NCBI RefSeq assembly: GCF_001194135.2
Contig: NC_068982.1
Coordinates: forward strand, 38,658,372-38,722,371
Length of the DNA stretch: 64,000 nt
From: Octopus bimaculoides
Lineage: Eukaryota
Direction of reading: 5' to 3'
Of the stretch, positions 23,341-35,790 are shown piece by piece. Numbering within the stretch: the first letter of the stretch is position 1; each line of letters begins with the position of its first letter. The notes below the pieces were generated by a model that saw only the letters and a list, made by a program, of their open reading frames with translations, did no database searches and was not told where the DNA came from. A program made the translations under genes and the position numbers.

Positions 23341-24409
23341 CTCCTCATTTCCACCACACTTTTTTTTTTTACTTTATTTCCTATTTTTCTACATTTCTTC
23401 TTTTTCTTCGGCACAAAATAATTACTGTTGTTGCTGCTGTTGTAATTCATTTGTCTCCACCTTGAAATGTGTTTAACAGCTGCTATTCGATTCACATCTT
23501 TCTTTTCTTCTTTTTTTGTTTTTTTTTTTTTGCTTTCTTCCGCACATGTATGTATGTATGTATGCTTGGCTGAGTGGATGTGTGGATGTACGCCCGAATT
23601 GATGGATGGATGGATGGGTGGATGGATGGATGGATGGATGGATGGATGGATTGTGTATGTGTGTCTATTTCATTCAATATTTTGGAGACTTCTTGTTGCA
23701 ATGACTTCGACAGTGAAAAATATATGTACATAAGACAGATGCGCTACATTAGGACCAACTGTTTTCAGGTCATATCCTCAGTGGTTTTCTTTTTATTTTT
23801 TCCNNNNNNNNNNCATACGCAAGATCCTATTAAATAATGTATCCTTTCTTCCTTATAACTTAATATGTAGAAGGTTGAGTACTTGGTCAAAAAAAGAATT
23901 GATCCAGTTTCTGAGAAACCTTTAACTAAAGCGGCGTCAATTAAAATGTAAGAATAATGTGGAATGTATAAAAATACCGTGGCTATTTTGATGGCCGAAA
24001 CGAAAAAAATGCTTAAAATTAGGGTATTCATATGGCAAAAGTATTTCTGTAAGATAACTGTTTCATTTCTCAGCGACAGCGTTTAGTTAATTATAAGCAA
24101 TCATTGTTCAGAATAAGACATTTCGTATTTTAATAAATCATTTCAGAAGTTTAACAAAAAAATATCCATTTGAAAGTTTTCGTCAGGGAAGTTTATGAAT
24201 GGGGGGGTGTATATCAATATCAACAAGAGTTAAATATAATATACATTACAAGTAAATGTAACGCTGTGTTATAATCAAAATAAATTTCGAAATGATACTA
24301 TTTACTGACTGTCGCTTCATTCATAATACCTGTATCAAAGTTATTTTTGCACTTTCCTAATTATTGTTCGTTGTATCTAAATTGACGCTTTTTGCAGAAG
24401 GCTCACCAA

Positions 24410-24710
24410 TCTCTCTGTAATTTATCTTTCTTCTATTGTCTCTCTGTAGTCAGTTTATGCGTTCTCTCTCTCTCTCTCTGTAATTTATCTTTCTTCTATT
24501 GTCTCTCTGTAGTCAGTTTATGCGTTCTCTCTTTCTCTCTCACTCTCTGTAATTTATCTTTCTTCTATTGTCTCTCTGTAGTCAGTTTATGCGTTCTCTC
24601 TTTCTCTCTCTCTCTCTGTAATTTATCTTTCTTCTATTGACTCTCTGTAGTCAGTTTATGCGTTCTCTCTTTCTCTCTCTCTCTCTGTAATTTATCTTTC
24701 TTCTATTGTC
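24410..24710. repeat. Minisatellite, about 4.6 copies of a ~67-bp unit
   Basis: CTCTCTGTAATTTATCTTTCTTCTATTGTCTCTCTGTAGTCAGTTTATGCGTTCTCTCT(TTCTCTCTC), with copies differing mainly in (CT)n length. Confidence 0.95.
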
Positions 24711-27174
24711 AATGTGGTTAGTTAATGTGTGTGCGTTATAGTACATGCGTTTTCTTCTTGTCAGTGATTGTCGCTTTAACAGAAACAATCGCTGAAATAA
24801 GTTATCTTAGATTACGATAAAAAGCGAATGAATACATTAAAATACAATAAAAATATAGCATTACCTAAACGAATATAATGCTAAAGTAGATTTTTTAAAC
24901 AAATTCGGTAAAGGTAAAACAACATTTGATTAACTTCATTCGCAATATCATATAAACACAACCCAAAGAAAAATTAAATGAATTATATTTACCGAATTTT
25001 CGTTTGAGATTATTTCCAAGCAGCAGAAAGACAAACACGAGTTTACATTTCAATATTACAATGTTTAGTCCAGAACAAGGGAGGTCACTCAGATAACTAC
25101 ATTATGCAATGATTAGTGTTAATACATCATCTGTTCAGAGAAAGATTGAGTATCTATTTTTATACTGTTTTTAGTCGTTGGACTGCGGCTATATTGGGGC
25201 ACCACCTAGAAGGGTTTTAATCGAAATCGAACTCCAGTATTTATTTTTTAAAGCCTGCTTCTTCCGCTATTGATCTCTTTTGTTGAACAAATAATTTATA
25301 GGGCGTAAACAAAGTAACATACATACATACATATATAGTGGGGAGGGCATGCACATATCGAACAGAGGTCGGCAATGCCTGTGCAGAGTTTTATGCCCAA
25401 TAAGGCTTGCACAACACCTCATAGACCCTCTCCATTTTATTGACATTATCCAGAGACAAGCCGGAGGAAGATGACTGGTGCCAATATGAGTAGTAGGCTC
25501 AGGGATGTGGGAGCGCCGTGATCTCTAGCACAAACCAAAGATCCCCAAAACGTCCAATGCCATTCCCTGCATATCTGATTTTACATCAGAGTAACCTTCT
25601 CCTACAGACATGCTTCAACAAAAGCTGAGGGGTGCCTCACTCCCAGTGGTCTTTCAGCACGCCGGACACCATTCCGGAATTTCTGCGTACCCGTGCTATT
25701 GCTAGATAGCCGTTGAGCCTGCACTAGGTCCATCCGAGCTTTCAACATACATACATACATCAGACTTCTTTTAGTTTCCGTTTACCAAACTCACTCAAAA
25801 GGCTTTTGTCTGTCCACTTATTCGATTATTTACACTTATTGTAAATCGCTGAACCGCTAATTTACAAGAATGTTAACAAACCAATACCGTTTGTCAAGCG
25901 GTGGGAGTGGAGATTACGGTATTTGAAGGGTTTAGTCGAACAAATATACAATATTTATTTTAAAGTTTGGTACTCATTCCATCGGGTCTTTCTGGCCGAA
26001 CCGCTAAGTTACGAGGACGTAAAGCAACACCGGTTGTTAAATGTTGGGTGGTGGGAGATTTTTGCGGCATATGTATAAAGAACTGTTAGAAAGTGGAACG
26101 ATATGTAGCAAGAGTTCTTTACGTTCTGAGTTCAAATCCCGCCGGTGTTGATAAAATATAGTACCACTTGAGTACTGGAGTTGATATCGACCAAATACAT
26201 CTCTCACGCTAAATGTGTGTGAAGCGTATCTTTGTAATCACTGTCCTTCGAAGTTCTATTCTTCATGAGAAGAGAAAGGATAGACTTATTTTTCCCATTT
26301 TCAAGAATTCCTATAACAGAAATTACGATTCTGGATATAAGGCTTCGAGGGGTAGCCATTCCGAAACTTTGCCAAGTGAGGCTTTGTGCTTACGTAAGAA
26401 AGAATATTTTAAGATATATATAGCTGTACTGGAATTTCCAGTTTTCTCTTAACGTGTGGGCGCGCACACATGTGTGTGCGTGCGCGAGCGCGTATGTATG
26501 CGTATGTGTGTGTGTGTGCGTGCGCTTGCGTATACTTGTGCGTTTTGTACACATACATACGGTCGCAGATACACATATATGCATATACGCAGACACATAC
26601 ACGCGTGCGTGTGTATAGATGTATATAGGCAGGCCTATGTGATAAAGAACTTGCCTCTCAACAATGTCATCTTGGATTCAGTTTCACTGCGCGGTACCTG
26701 AGGGAAATATCTCCAACTACAGCCCTAGGCGGCCTTGTGAGTAAATTTGATAGAGAGAAACACGTCGAATCTATCTGTCTGTCTGTATGTATTTATGTTT
26801 GTCCTCCACCACCGCCTGGCAACTGGTGTTGTTTTCTTTACATCCTTGTAATCTAGCGGCTCGGCAAAAGAGAACGGATTGAATAAGTACCCGGCTTAAA
26901 AATAAAATTACTGATGTTGGTTTGTTCGATTAAACCCTTCCGGGCAGTTCCCCTGCATTTGTAACACAACTATTTTAGCGGGTGTTTGGAATGTGGACAT
27001 TTCTCCTAAAACCAGAACTTTATCGTCCAAATAAACCGTATTCCTCAATTACACCTTTTCGAGAAAGATACTTTTTAGTTTTCCTCTTTTTGTAGGAATA
27101 CAGTATGTTCGGACTAAGTTCGACAGTTTGCATAAAAGGAAAGAAAACACAATATCCCATCCAAAAATAAAAGT

Positions 27175-27337
27175 AGTGGCTGTGTGGTAAGTAGCTTGCT
27201 TACAAACCACATAGTTCCGGGTTCAGTCCCATTGCGTGGCACCTTAGGCAAGTGTCTTCTACTATAGCCTCAGGCCGATCAAAGCCTTGTGAGTGGATAT
27301 GGTAGACGGAAACTGAAAGAAGCTTATCGTATCTATG

Positions 27338-27370
<33 letters not shown>

Positions 27371-27570
27371 ATCTGTGTTTGTCCCCCCAACATCGCTTGA
27401 CAACCGATGCTGGTGTGTTTAGGTCCCCGTAACTTAGCGGATCGGCAAAAGAGACCGATAGAACAAGTACTAGGCTTGCAAAGAATAAGTCCTGGGGTCG
27501 ATTTGATTCAACTAAAGGTGGTGCTCCAGCATGGCCGCAGTCAAATGACTGAAACAAGTAAAAGAGTAAA
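27175..27570 (+). mobile_element. SINE family A, full-length reference copy (resembles the abundant octopus tRNA-SINEs)
   Basis: A-box GTGGCTGTGTGGT, B-box-like GGTTCAGTCCC, CACCTTAGGCAAGTGTCTTCT, central (AT)n(GT)n, tail GGCCGCAGTCAAATGACTGAAACAAGTAAAAGAG. Many other copies in the window (e.g. 26620-26945, 31270-31494, 39880-40090, 42975-43175, 58130-58290). Confidence 0.88.
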
Positions 27571-27599
27571 AAAAATTTTCAATATATCAATTAGATTAT

Positions 27600-27930
27600 G
27601 GCTGGGAGATAACAGTTTACTCAAAGTAACCGATTCCACCATGCCTCGTGACAGCGCCGGAACCTAGCATCTGTGTTCGACACTGTGTCCTTGAGAAAAT
27701 CTTCGAACACATCTTCGATCGTGGCCACCAGCCTCGGCCTTAGTGTTGCGCCCCACACGTTGTAATCCATATGATTACAATCAGAGGAATTAGGGGACCG
27801 TAAATTGGAGTTTTCTTCAAATACCTCTCCTCGATACCTTTCGCTCTGTTCTTTAATTGGTGTCGCTAAAGATTGACCGCATGGTTGAATGGATTTGGCC
27901 GTTTGACCTCAGTCTAAAAATAAAAGCCCT
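27600..27930 (-). mobile_element. Tc1/mariner-superfamily transposase C-terminal relic
   Basis: Minus translation SPNSSDCNHMDYNVWGA...LVATIEDVFEDFLKDTV...RFRRCHEA..GYFE* resembles WPPNSPD.NP.DY.VWG...GGYFE of Tc1/maT-type transposases. Confidence 0.7.
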
Positions 27931-28599
27931 TCCAAAATTCTTTGTCAGTCAGATGGGTTCTTCCATTCAGGCTAACAAGAACAAAATCATTTATTTTGTC
28001 AACTGAACAAAATTATTTTTCTCTTTGATATTTAATGCTCATTGTTACAGGACTTTTGTAAGTTCGAATTTCTCTCTTTTGACCAGAATCTCACACACAC
28101 ACACACACACGACGGACTTCCGCACAGTTTCCGTCTACCAAAATTACTTACAAGACATTTGTCGGTTGGAAGACCTGTGTCCAAGGCTGCGTAGTGGGAC
28201 AAAATCAAAAACCACATGTTTGCAAAGCGAACTTTTAACCACGCAGCATATGCCTGCACCTGGATCCCAAAAGGATGAAAGCCGGTAGGATTTGAACTCA
28301 GAGCGTAAAGAGCCGGAAAAATGCTGCTAAGCATTTTGCCCGATATGTTAACACTTCTGCCAACCAGCTTTCTCTTGCAAAATCGTCATTAAATTCAATA
28401 GGATATCGTTGGGTTAACACTTTCACTTTTTCTCCTTACTTTCAGACATCGTGAAATATTTCAACCGTTTACGTAGAGTTAATCCTACCATAACATTATC
28501 AGTCAAACCATAAAATGCAGATTATCTGAAGTAGGCTTCTTTTTGCGAATCACATATATCAGCCATTTCTGTCTAGTTGGCATCATGTGTTATGCCGTT

Positions 28600-29200
28600 G
28601 AGTGTTCGTCTTAGCTTTCAGCTCTTGCCGTTCCGCTTACAATAAGAGATTTTGATTTCCATTTCAAAATCTGGCACCAACTTTTTGGCTTCATTCCAGA
28701 TACTTTTCCAATTGTTTCGTAACTTCACCAACCCTTCAAGGAGATTTAAAATGTTAGATACTTCCACATGCTTATAATCCATTCAATGCATTCCTTTTCC
28801 TTGGCTGTTAAGTTAAACTTCAAATACTATTCGAATACCAGCAAGGTGAAACAAAAGTTTTGATATCTTCTAGTCTGTCAGATTACATGATATCTGATAT
28901 ACTGTGAATAGAACAAATTACGCGATTTATAAATAACTTCCATGGTTCAACACTAAATGAGTTATAAACTGTTTAAACCGTTATAAAATATGTTATGCCG
29001 TCCGGTGTACACTCAGCTGCGCCAATGCCTGCCACATGAGGAAAAGATGACTATTGAATACTGATCTGGTATTTTCGCATGAGCGCCATTATATTTTCGT
29101 GCCATGTTAGTACCGTTGTTATATATTTGCATCATATGTTCTTCCGAGGTGTCCATGATTAAACGAGCAATTTCTTTTCTATGTTTATCGCTACAATATG
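28600..29200 (-). pseudogene. Degenerate hAT transposase fragments
   Basis: Frameshifted minus translation ..NGTNMARKYNGAHAKIPDQYS..FSSCG..AAECTPDGITYF..VYNSFS..P.W and NWKSIWNEAKKLVPDFEMEIK correspond to the hAT (ZMYM1-like) YDNGANM.G...G...C..H core. Confidence 0.72.
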
Positions 29201-30725
29201 CGAACTTAAATCACCTTATACCTACCGTCTTTTAATTTAACATATATTAACCTAAACATTGTCTGCGAACATATTTTGAAAACTGCTTCACAAAATTAGA
29301 ACATTCTCAAACAAACTCATTCTGCGATAAAGGAGATAGGTAGGGAACTTAATATTGCTCTACTTGTAGCACATGCTCTAGGAGATAAGGATCCCATCTT
29401 CAAAGCAGTTCTAAGAAGTTTTCATTTTTTAATCCCCAACTTGATGTGGTGACCCATTAAAATAAAGAACAATATCAGTCATGTATGTTGCACTATTTTC
29501 CTGCGTCAGTTCGGATAGGTGCCTCTAATAAAGTATCAGCTACTTTCCCTGATAAAAGACGTCTTTTTACTGTTCTTGATGTTACTGTTGCGGTTGCACT
29601 GTTTTCGTTTTTTATCCATAAAGTTTGTAGCCTTTTTGGTGGTAGTATTATCATCATGTGATTCGTTTTTTGTTTTTTTTAAATTTTATTATTTTTTTTT
29701 ACTTCTGATGATGGTTTGCTATGATAATCTCCTTCTTGTCAGTTAACGAGAAATCGAAAAGGTAGAATACACGCTGGTTGATAAAATTGTGTTTGTATAA
29801 TTTGTGCTCGTGTTGTTTGGAGAAAGAGAACATTCGCATGAGGCTTCCTATTTCGAAGGTGGTGCAATTAAACCTGTTAGTTGACACGGTAGCGGTTTGG
29901 GTTTCTACTCTGATGTTTCTGTTACTGCTTTGTCGTTGGCATTGTAATTGTAGCTCTGGCAACAAGGTGGGGCAGGGTAATTTTGCGTTAAGACAGAAAT
30001 CACTCTGGTGAGCGGTGCTACCGCGAGTGTAACACCTATCTCTCCTGCCTTTTGTTGTAACTCTCCAACTAAATAAAAGTCATGGATCTTTGGCATGTTT
30101 TCCGGTGTGAAAAGCCTTTGCTCCTCTATAAAGAGATATCAGCCTAGTTCTTGCGTGGGAATGGTTGATGTTATGCTAATAATTTCTCCATGCATTCCCT
30201 AGATCATGCTATTTTAAGTACCATATTACAAATTATCATTTCGCTTAGTCGCCTATTGAAATACGACGGAAGTCACAAATATTCTAAAGGCTGTTGAAAG
30301 AGCGCTGATGTGTGTATATGTAAATGTACGTATTTCTATGGGTATGTGTGTGCACGTGTGTGAGCAGCACTGAGTTATATACTGGTGCTTAGTTTTCTTT
30401 CAACAGCTTCAGCATTACGCGTAAGCGCATTATCTTCTTTCACTGTGTATGTATGTATGTACTATGTACGAACGTACCTGTGTATACATACATACATACA
30501 CGTGTGTGTGAATCATTTTCCCATCGTCGTGGAGACTTTCCACGACACCTTTTCTAATCTCTTGAATACCATTCGGCAACTGCGACGTGTACGGCCCAGC
30601 GGAACTGGTGTTTTCGGTATTCTCCGCTCCTTTCTCGAATTATCTCACTTGGAATACGCTCCCGTAAACAACATATGATAGGCCGATCGATATAGTGATA
30701 CACACACACACTATATATATATATA

Positions 30726-30794
<69 letters not shown>

Positions 30795-31494
30795 NNNNNN
30801 NNNNNNNNNNNNNNNNNNNNNNNNNNNNNNNNNNNNNNNNNNNNNNNNNNNNNNNNNNNNNNNNNNNNNNNNNNNNNNNNNNNNNNNNNNNNNNNNNNNN
30901 NNNNNNNNNNNNNNNNNNNNNNNNNNNNNNNNNNNNNNNNNNNNNNNNNNNNNNNNNNNNNNNNNNNNNNNNNNNNNNNNNNNNNNNNNNNNNNNNNNNN
31001 NNNNNNNNNNNNNNNNNNNNNNNNNNNNNNNNNNNNNNNNNNNNNNNNNNNNNNNNNNNNNNNNNNNNNNNNNNNNNNNNNNNNNNNNNNNNNNNNNNNN
31101 NNNNNNNNNNNNNNNNNNNNNNNNNNNNNNNNNNNNNNNNNNNNNNNNNNNNNNNNNNNNNNNNNNNNNNNNCAGTAGGCAAAGTGTTATCTTAATCTCC
31201 TGAAAACAATACAACAGCTATTAGCTGCGGCAGCAACATACACTAATATAATTATTTGGTCGCAAATCTAATATACTTGTGTGTGTGTGTCTTCGTGTCG
31301 GTGTTTGTCTCCCACCACCTCTTGTCAACCGGTGTTGGGGTGTTTACATCCCCGTAACTTGGCGGTTCAGCAAAGAGACCCATAGAATAAGTACCAAGCT
31401 TTAAAATAAGTAGCAGGGTCGATTCATTCGACTAAAAAAAAAAAAAAAAAGCTCTTGAAGGCGGTACCCCAGCATGGACGCAGTCAAATGACTG

Positions 31495-31780
31495 TGTAGT
31501 AACGCTGTGCGCATGCGTGGAATTCAACAACCAAGCTTTCCCGCTTCATTCTGTCTCTTTCTCTCTAGACAGCTCGCTCACATCTACATACCAACGTCCC
31601 AACAACCATGCTCACACACACAGAAGACGTCTCAACACAGAAGAGCTAATGATGTATATATTAACCACCTTAAATAAATGTTGTTGTGTTGATAGTCTGG
31701 AGTTCAGCGTTCCGTTAATTCTTAATATTATATAGGAAAGTCAGGTATACATCTAATGATGTATAACCCACTTTCCTATA
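31495..31780 (+). mobile_element. Solo LTR with a terminal 50-bp palindrome, inserted in a SINE-A tail
   Basis: Starts TGTAG, ends CTATA (CTACA with one transition); ACTG 4-bp TSD (31491-94, 31781-84); AATAAA at ~31672; SINE tail resumes after the TSD (AAATAAGAAAAAGATAAAAGA). Confidence 0.7.
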
Positions 31781-32239
31781 ACTGAAATAAGAAAAAGATA
31801 AAAGATTTATCTATTTAAAAACCATTGCATGCTAATTTAAGTAACCGGAATGTTAACCAGAGGTTTTGTGACAAGTCTTCTCAAATATCAAGAATATTAG
31901 CAGAATAGAGGAGAGTACTTCCCTGCAACTCAACAACATGAATCATTCAACTTCTTAGGTAGCGGTTTTGGTGTTGTGCCGAGTGCTCTAGCTAACACGA
32001 GAACAAAGAAGGCGGCGAACTGGCAGAATCGTTAGCATGCCGGGCAAAATGCCATGCGGCATTTCGTCCGGCTTTATGTTCTGAGTTCAAATGCTACCGA
32101 AGTCGACTTTTGCCTTTTATCCACTCAAAGTCAATAAAATAAGTACCAGTCGACCATTGGGGTCGATGTAATCGACTAGACTCCTCTCGCGGAATTTCAG
32201 GTCTTGTGCCTATAGTAGAAAGTATTATTATTATCATTA

Positions 32240-32795
32240 AGTGAGAGAGTAGTGCACGCCATCAAAGTGACACTGGGGTAAAATATACGAAGCCCAATAT
32301 ACCCACCATGACTACTCGTCTGATAAGGGTACACCAGGCACATGCATCACAACCATATGTGCGCGACATGGTGATCTCATATCAAGATAAACAGCGCATG
32401 ACCCTGCAAGTGGGGCCCAGTTAGAATTTTTTTCAGGTTGAGTAGCCCATCCCGCGCAAAAGGACCCTGAATAAGGGTTGTTTAAGGATGTTGAACGAAA
32501 CACCCATGTTTCCAGAAGTGAATTATACAAGCCCCAAAGAATTCCTCTCAACACATGGCTATGATGCTCCCCCACTACTTCTGCTCGTGATCAGAGATGT
32601 ACATATCGTCAGCCTCTAAGGGACATGCTCAACTGGTTAAGGTCAAACAACTGACAAGCAAATCTGTGGTATTGAGCAGAATATTGTGTTGTGGCCCATC
32701 TTTTATACCAAGACAAAACAATGTACATGATAACACTTCCAATCAATTAAGGTCAGAAGCCATGAGAACCACTGCCTGGTACTGCATCCGGGCAT
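32240..32795. repeat. Unclassified ~550-bp interspersed-repeat-like insertion between (ATT)n tracts
   Basis: GC-richer, non-coding block bounded by (ATT)n on both sides. No intact ORF; class not determinable from this window. Confidence 0.4.
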
Positions 32796-32903
32796 TTATT
32801 ATTATTATTATTATTATTATTATGAAGAAGAAGAAGAAGAAGTCGGTGAGCTGACAGAAGCGTTAGCTCGCCCGTCGAACTGCTTCGCGGTATAACGGCT
32901 CTG

Positions 32904-33484
32904 GGATCTTTTTTAAAACGAGGGCCACATTTTCCATTAATGTTTTACGTAGTGTTTTTGGTACCGAAAGACTTTCAAACTTCGTATACTTATCTATTTT
33001 GTGTTATAGAACAGAAAAATATTTTTGTATTCGAATTTATTTCATGTAAAAAATTGTCTTATTTCGATAATTTCAACCAATCACTGACAAGTATTCAGTT
33101 GTTTATATTTACTCATTTGGCTGATTAAGCCATAGCTTCGTTTTATTTGCTTTTTTCATTTTAAATTTGCTTTTTTCATTTTCTTTTTTTCTTCTTCGTT
33201 TTATTTGCTTTTTTCTTTTTAAATTTGCTGTTTTACCCCAACCCTAACCCTATCACCGATAGAATTGTTTCAGATTCGTTTGTTTATGTAGTCGACACTT
33301 AATGTATATCGGCTGAATGGACGTCAGTGATTGGTTGAAATTACAGAAATACGACAACTTTAACATGGAATAACTTAGGGATTTCTTTTTTTTAAAGAAG
33401 ACTAAGAGAAAAAGATGTTTTATATGACACATTCTACCAGTGTTTCGTTAATGAAAAATGTGACCCCCGTTTTAAAAAAGATCC
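32904..33484. mobile_element. Merlin-like foldback MITE (581 bp) with central CCCTAA motif
   Basis: Perfect 8-bp TSD CGGCTCTG (32896-903, 33485-92); ~37-bp TIRs GGATCTTTTTTAAAACGAGGGCCACATTTTCCATTAA; inner inverted repeat AATTTCAACCAATCACTGAC (~33070 / ~33325); CCCCAACCCTAACCCTA at ~33236-52. Confidence 0.82.
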
Positions 33485-33608
33485 CGGCTCTGTGAATTAT
33501 TGTGAATACTGTTGTATTACTTTGTGAAAACAGTCTCGGTGAATAATTGTGATTTTTGTGGAATTATTACGGTTGCATTTCACGTGAGCTGCTGCATTTT
33601 CTCCAGCT

Positions 33609-34340
33609 ATGGCAAGTGGTAGTGTCTCCAGTATGGAGAGCTACGCCAAGGCCACTGCGGTGAGGAAGCCAGTGCCGCTGGAAACCAAACTAATCAAGTT
33701 CTATATGGAGGAGGCGACCAGAAGCAGGAATTTGATAGAGGTTGAGGGAGACTCGTACAAATTGTGTCCCCCAAAAGAGACTAAAGAAAATAAAATTCTG
33801 AGGACAGTAGTGTATCGTACACAAGCTGTCGAAACCGGTAAAATTGAAATGGCGACAGAAGAGGAAATCGAGGAGTGTATGGGTGAAATTGTCAATGAAG
33901 CCACGTACATCAGCAGAGGAAGAAAGTTCGGTACGGTTGAGGTGAGGTTCGCCACTATAGAAGAGGCAACCAAGCATGCAATCAACATATTAAGAAGTGA
34001 GAAAATAGCATTGCTACCAAGCTATAGAGGAAGAAGTGTGAAAATACGAATTCCCAGAGTTACACCAGATATTAAACCAGAGTGGTTGGTTGCAACAGTG
34101 CTGGCTGCAACCAAGGAGGAGCCGGAATTGGGACCAGTGGCGAAAACAAAAGTGTGCAAATGGTGGGGATTTGGACTCGAAATGTGGCTTTTTGCCACAT
34201 TCAAGGACATAGAAAGAATTACATACCAGATAGAAGTGGAGGACGAGAAAACGTTAAATGTCATAGTCGAGGGAAGAAAACCAAATTGTTATATATGCGG
34301 GGAGAGAGGTCATATGAAGACCAAATGCCCCCCTATATGA
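33609..34340 (+). mobile_element. ORF1 (gag-like, zinc knuckle) of an L1/Tx1-clade non-LTR retrotransposon; 5' UTR from ~33493, K/E-rich continuation to the gap at 34592
   Basis: 243-aa ORF with MESYAK start motif, RRM-like TVEVRFATIEEA and C-terminal VIVEGRKPNCYICGERGHMKTKC (CX2CX4HX4C) as in Tx1-type ORF1. An apparent frameshift near 34335 precedes a low-complexity K/E tail. Confidence 0.82.
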
Positions 34341-35359
34341 GTTCACACAGCCACAGCAAGAGAAAGCACAAACAGAGGAGGAAATAATTGTAGACCACAC
34401 TGAGGAAATAAAAGAGAGACAGAAGTGTGAAACAGAGAAAACAAAGGAGAAGAACGAAAATGGAGCTACTAACCCTAAAAAGCGAAGGAAAAATAAGTCA
34501 AAGGAACGGTCAACAGAAAACAAAAAAGAGATAAAAAAGCCAGAAACTAATAATGTACAAGAAGAAGAGGAGAGAACGGATAAAGATGTGANNNNNNNNN
34601 NNNNNNNNNNNNNNNNNNNNNNNNNNNNNNNNNNNNNNNNNNNNNNNNNNNNNNNNNNNNNNNNNNNNNNNNNNNNNNNNNNNNNNNNNNNNNNNNNNNN
34701 NNNNNNNNNNNNNNNNNNNNNNNNNNNNNNNNNNNNNNNNNNNNNNNNNNNNNNNNNNNNNNNNNNNNNNNNNNNNNNNNNNNNNNNNNNNNNNNNNNNN
34801 NNNNNNNNNNNNNNNNNNNNNNNNNNNNNNNNNNNNNNNNNNNNNNNNNNNNNNNNNNNNNNNNNNNNNNNNNNNNNNNNNNNNNNNNNNNNNNNNNNNN
34901 NNNNNNNNNNNNNNNNNNNNNNNNNNNNNNNNNNNNNNNNNNNNNNNNNNNNNNNNNNNNNNNNNNNNNNNNNNNNNNNNNNNNNNNNNNNNNNNNNNNN
35001 NNNNNNNNNNNNNNNNNNNNNNNNNNNNNNNNNNNNNNNNNNNNNNNNNNNNNNNNNNNNNNNNNNNNNNNNNNNNNNNNNNNNNNNNNNNNNNNNNNNN
35101 NNNNNNNNNNNNNNNNNNNNNNNNNNNNNNNNNNNNNNNNNNNNNNNNNNNNNNNNNNNNNNNNNNNNNNNNNNNNNNNNNNNNNNNNNNNNNNNNNNNN
35201 NNNNNNNNNNNNNNNNNNNNNNNNNNNNNNNNNNNNNNNNNNNNNNNNNGAACATTGGAGTCGATGTAATCGACTAGTCCTCTCCCACAAAATTTCAGGT
35301 CTTATGCTTTTAGTAGAAAGTATTATTATTATTGTTGTTGTTGTTGTTGTTGTTAAGAA

Positions 35360-35790
35360 GGCGGCGAGCTGACAGAATCGTTAGCACGCTGAACGAAATG
35401 CTTAGCGGTATTTAGTCTGCCGTTACGTTCTGAGTTCAAATTCCGCCGAGGTCAACTTTGCCTTTCATCCTTTCGGGGTCGATAAATTAAGTACCAGTTA
35501 CGCACTGGGGTCGATGTAATCGACCTAATCCCTTTGTCTGTCCTTGTTTGTCCCCTCTATGTTTAGCCCCTTGTGGGCAATAAAGAAGTAAGAATCGTTA
35601 GCATGCCAGGCAAAATGCTTTACGGCATTTCGTCCGTCTTTAAGTTCTGAGTTCAAATTCTGCCGAGTCGACTTTGCCTTTTATCCTTTCGGGGTCGATA
35701 AAATAAGTACCAGTTGATCACTGGAGTTGATGTAATTGATGTACCCCATTCTCGGAAATTATTGTCCTCGTGCCAAAATTTGAACCATTA
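35360..35790 (+). mobile_element. SINE family B (tRNA head plus Meta-domain-like core), two tandem copies; reference copy 35360-35530
   Basis: GGCGGCGAGCTGACAGAATCG (A-box), GAGTTCAAATTCC (B-box), GTCAACTTTGCCTTTCATCCTTTCGGGGTCGATAAATTAAGTACCAG. The core resembles the MetaSINE domain (from memory, unverified). More than 15 copies in the window. Confidence 0.85.

Noticed and set aside
24410-24710. CRISPR-like regular repeat
   Set aside because: Units are contiguous with no unique spacers; eukaryotic minisatellite.
30515-30660. Possible mariner HTH relic (FEKGAENTENTSSAGPYTS..)
   Set aside because: Only loose similarity and no TIR visible next to the gap; not enough to annotate.
30640-35290. 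Long ORFs containing X runs (also near 17.4, 37.0, 56.7, 59.2 and 60.7 kb)
   Set aside because: Artefacts of N-gaps and (AT)n tracts.
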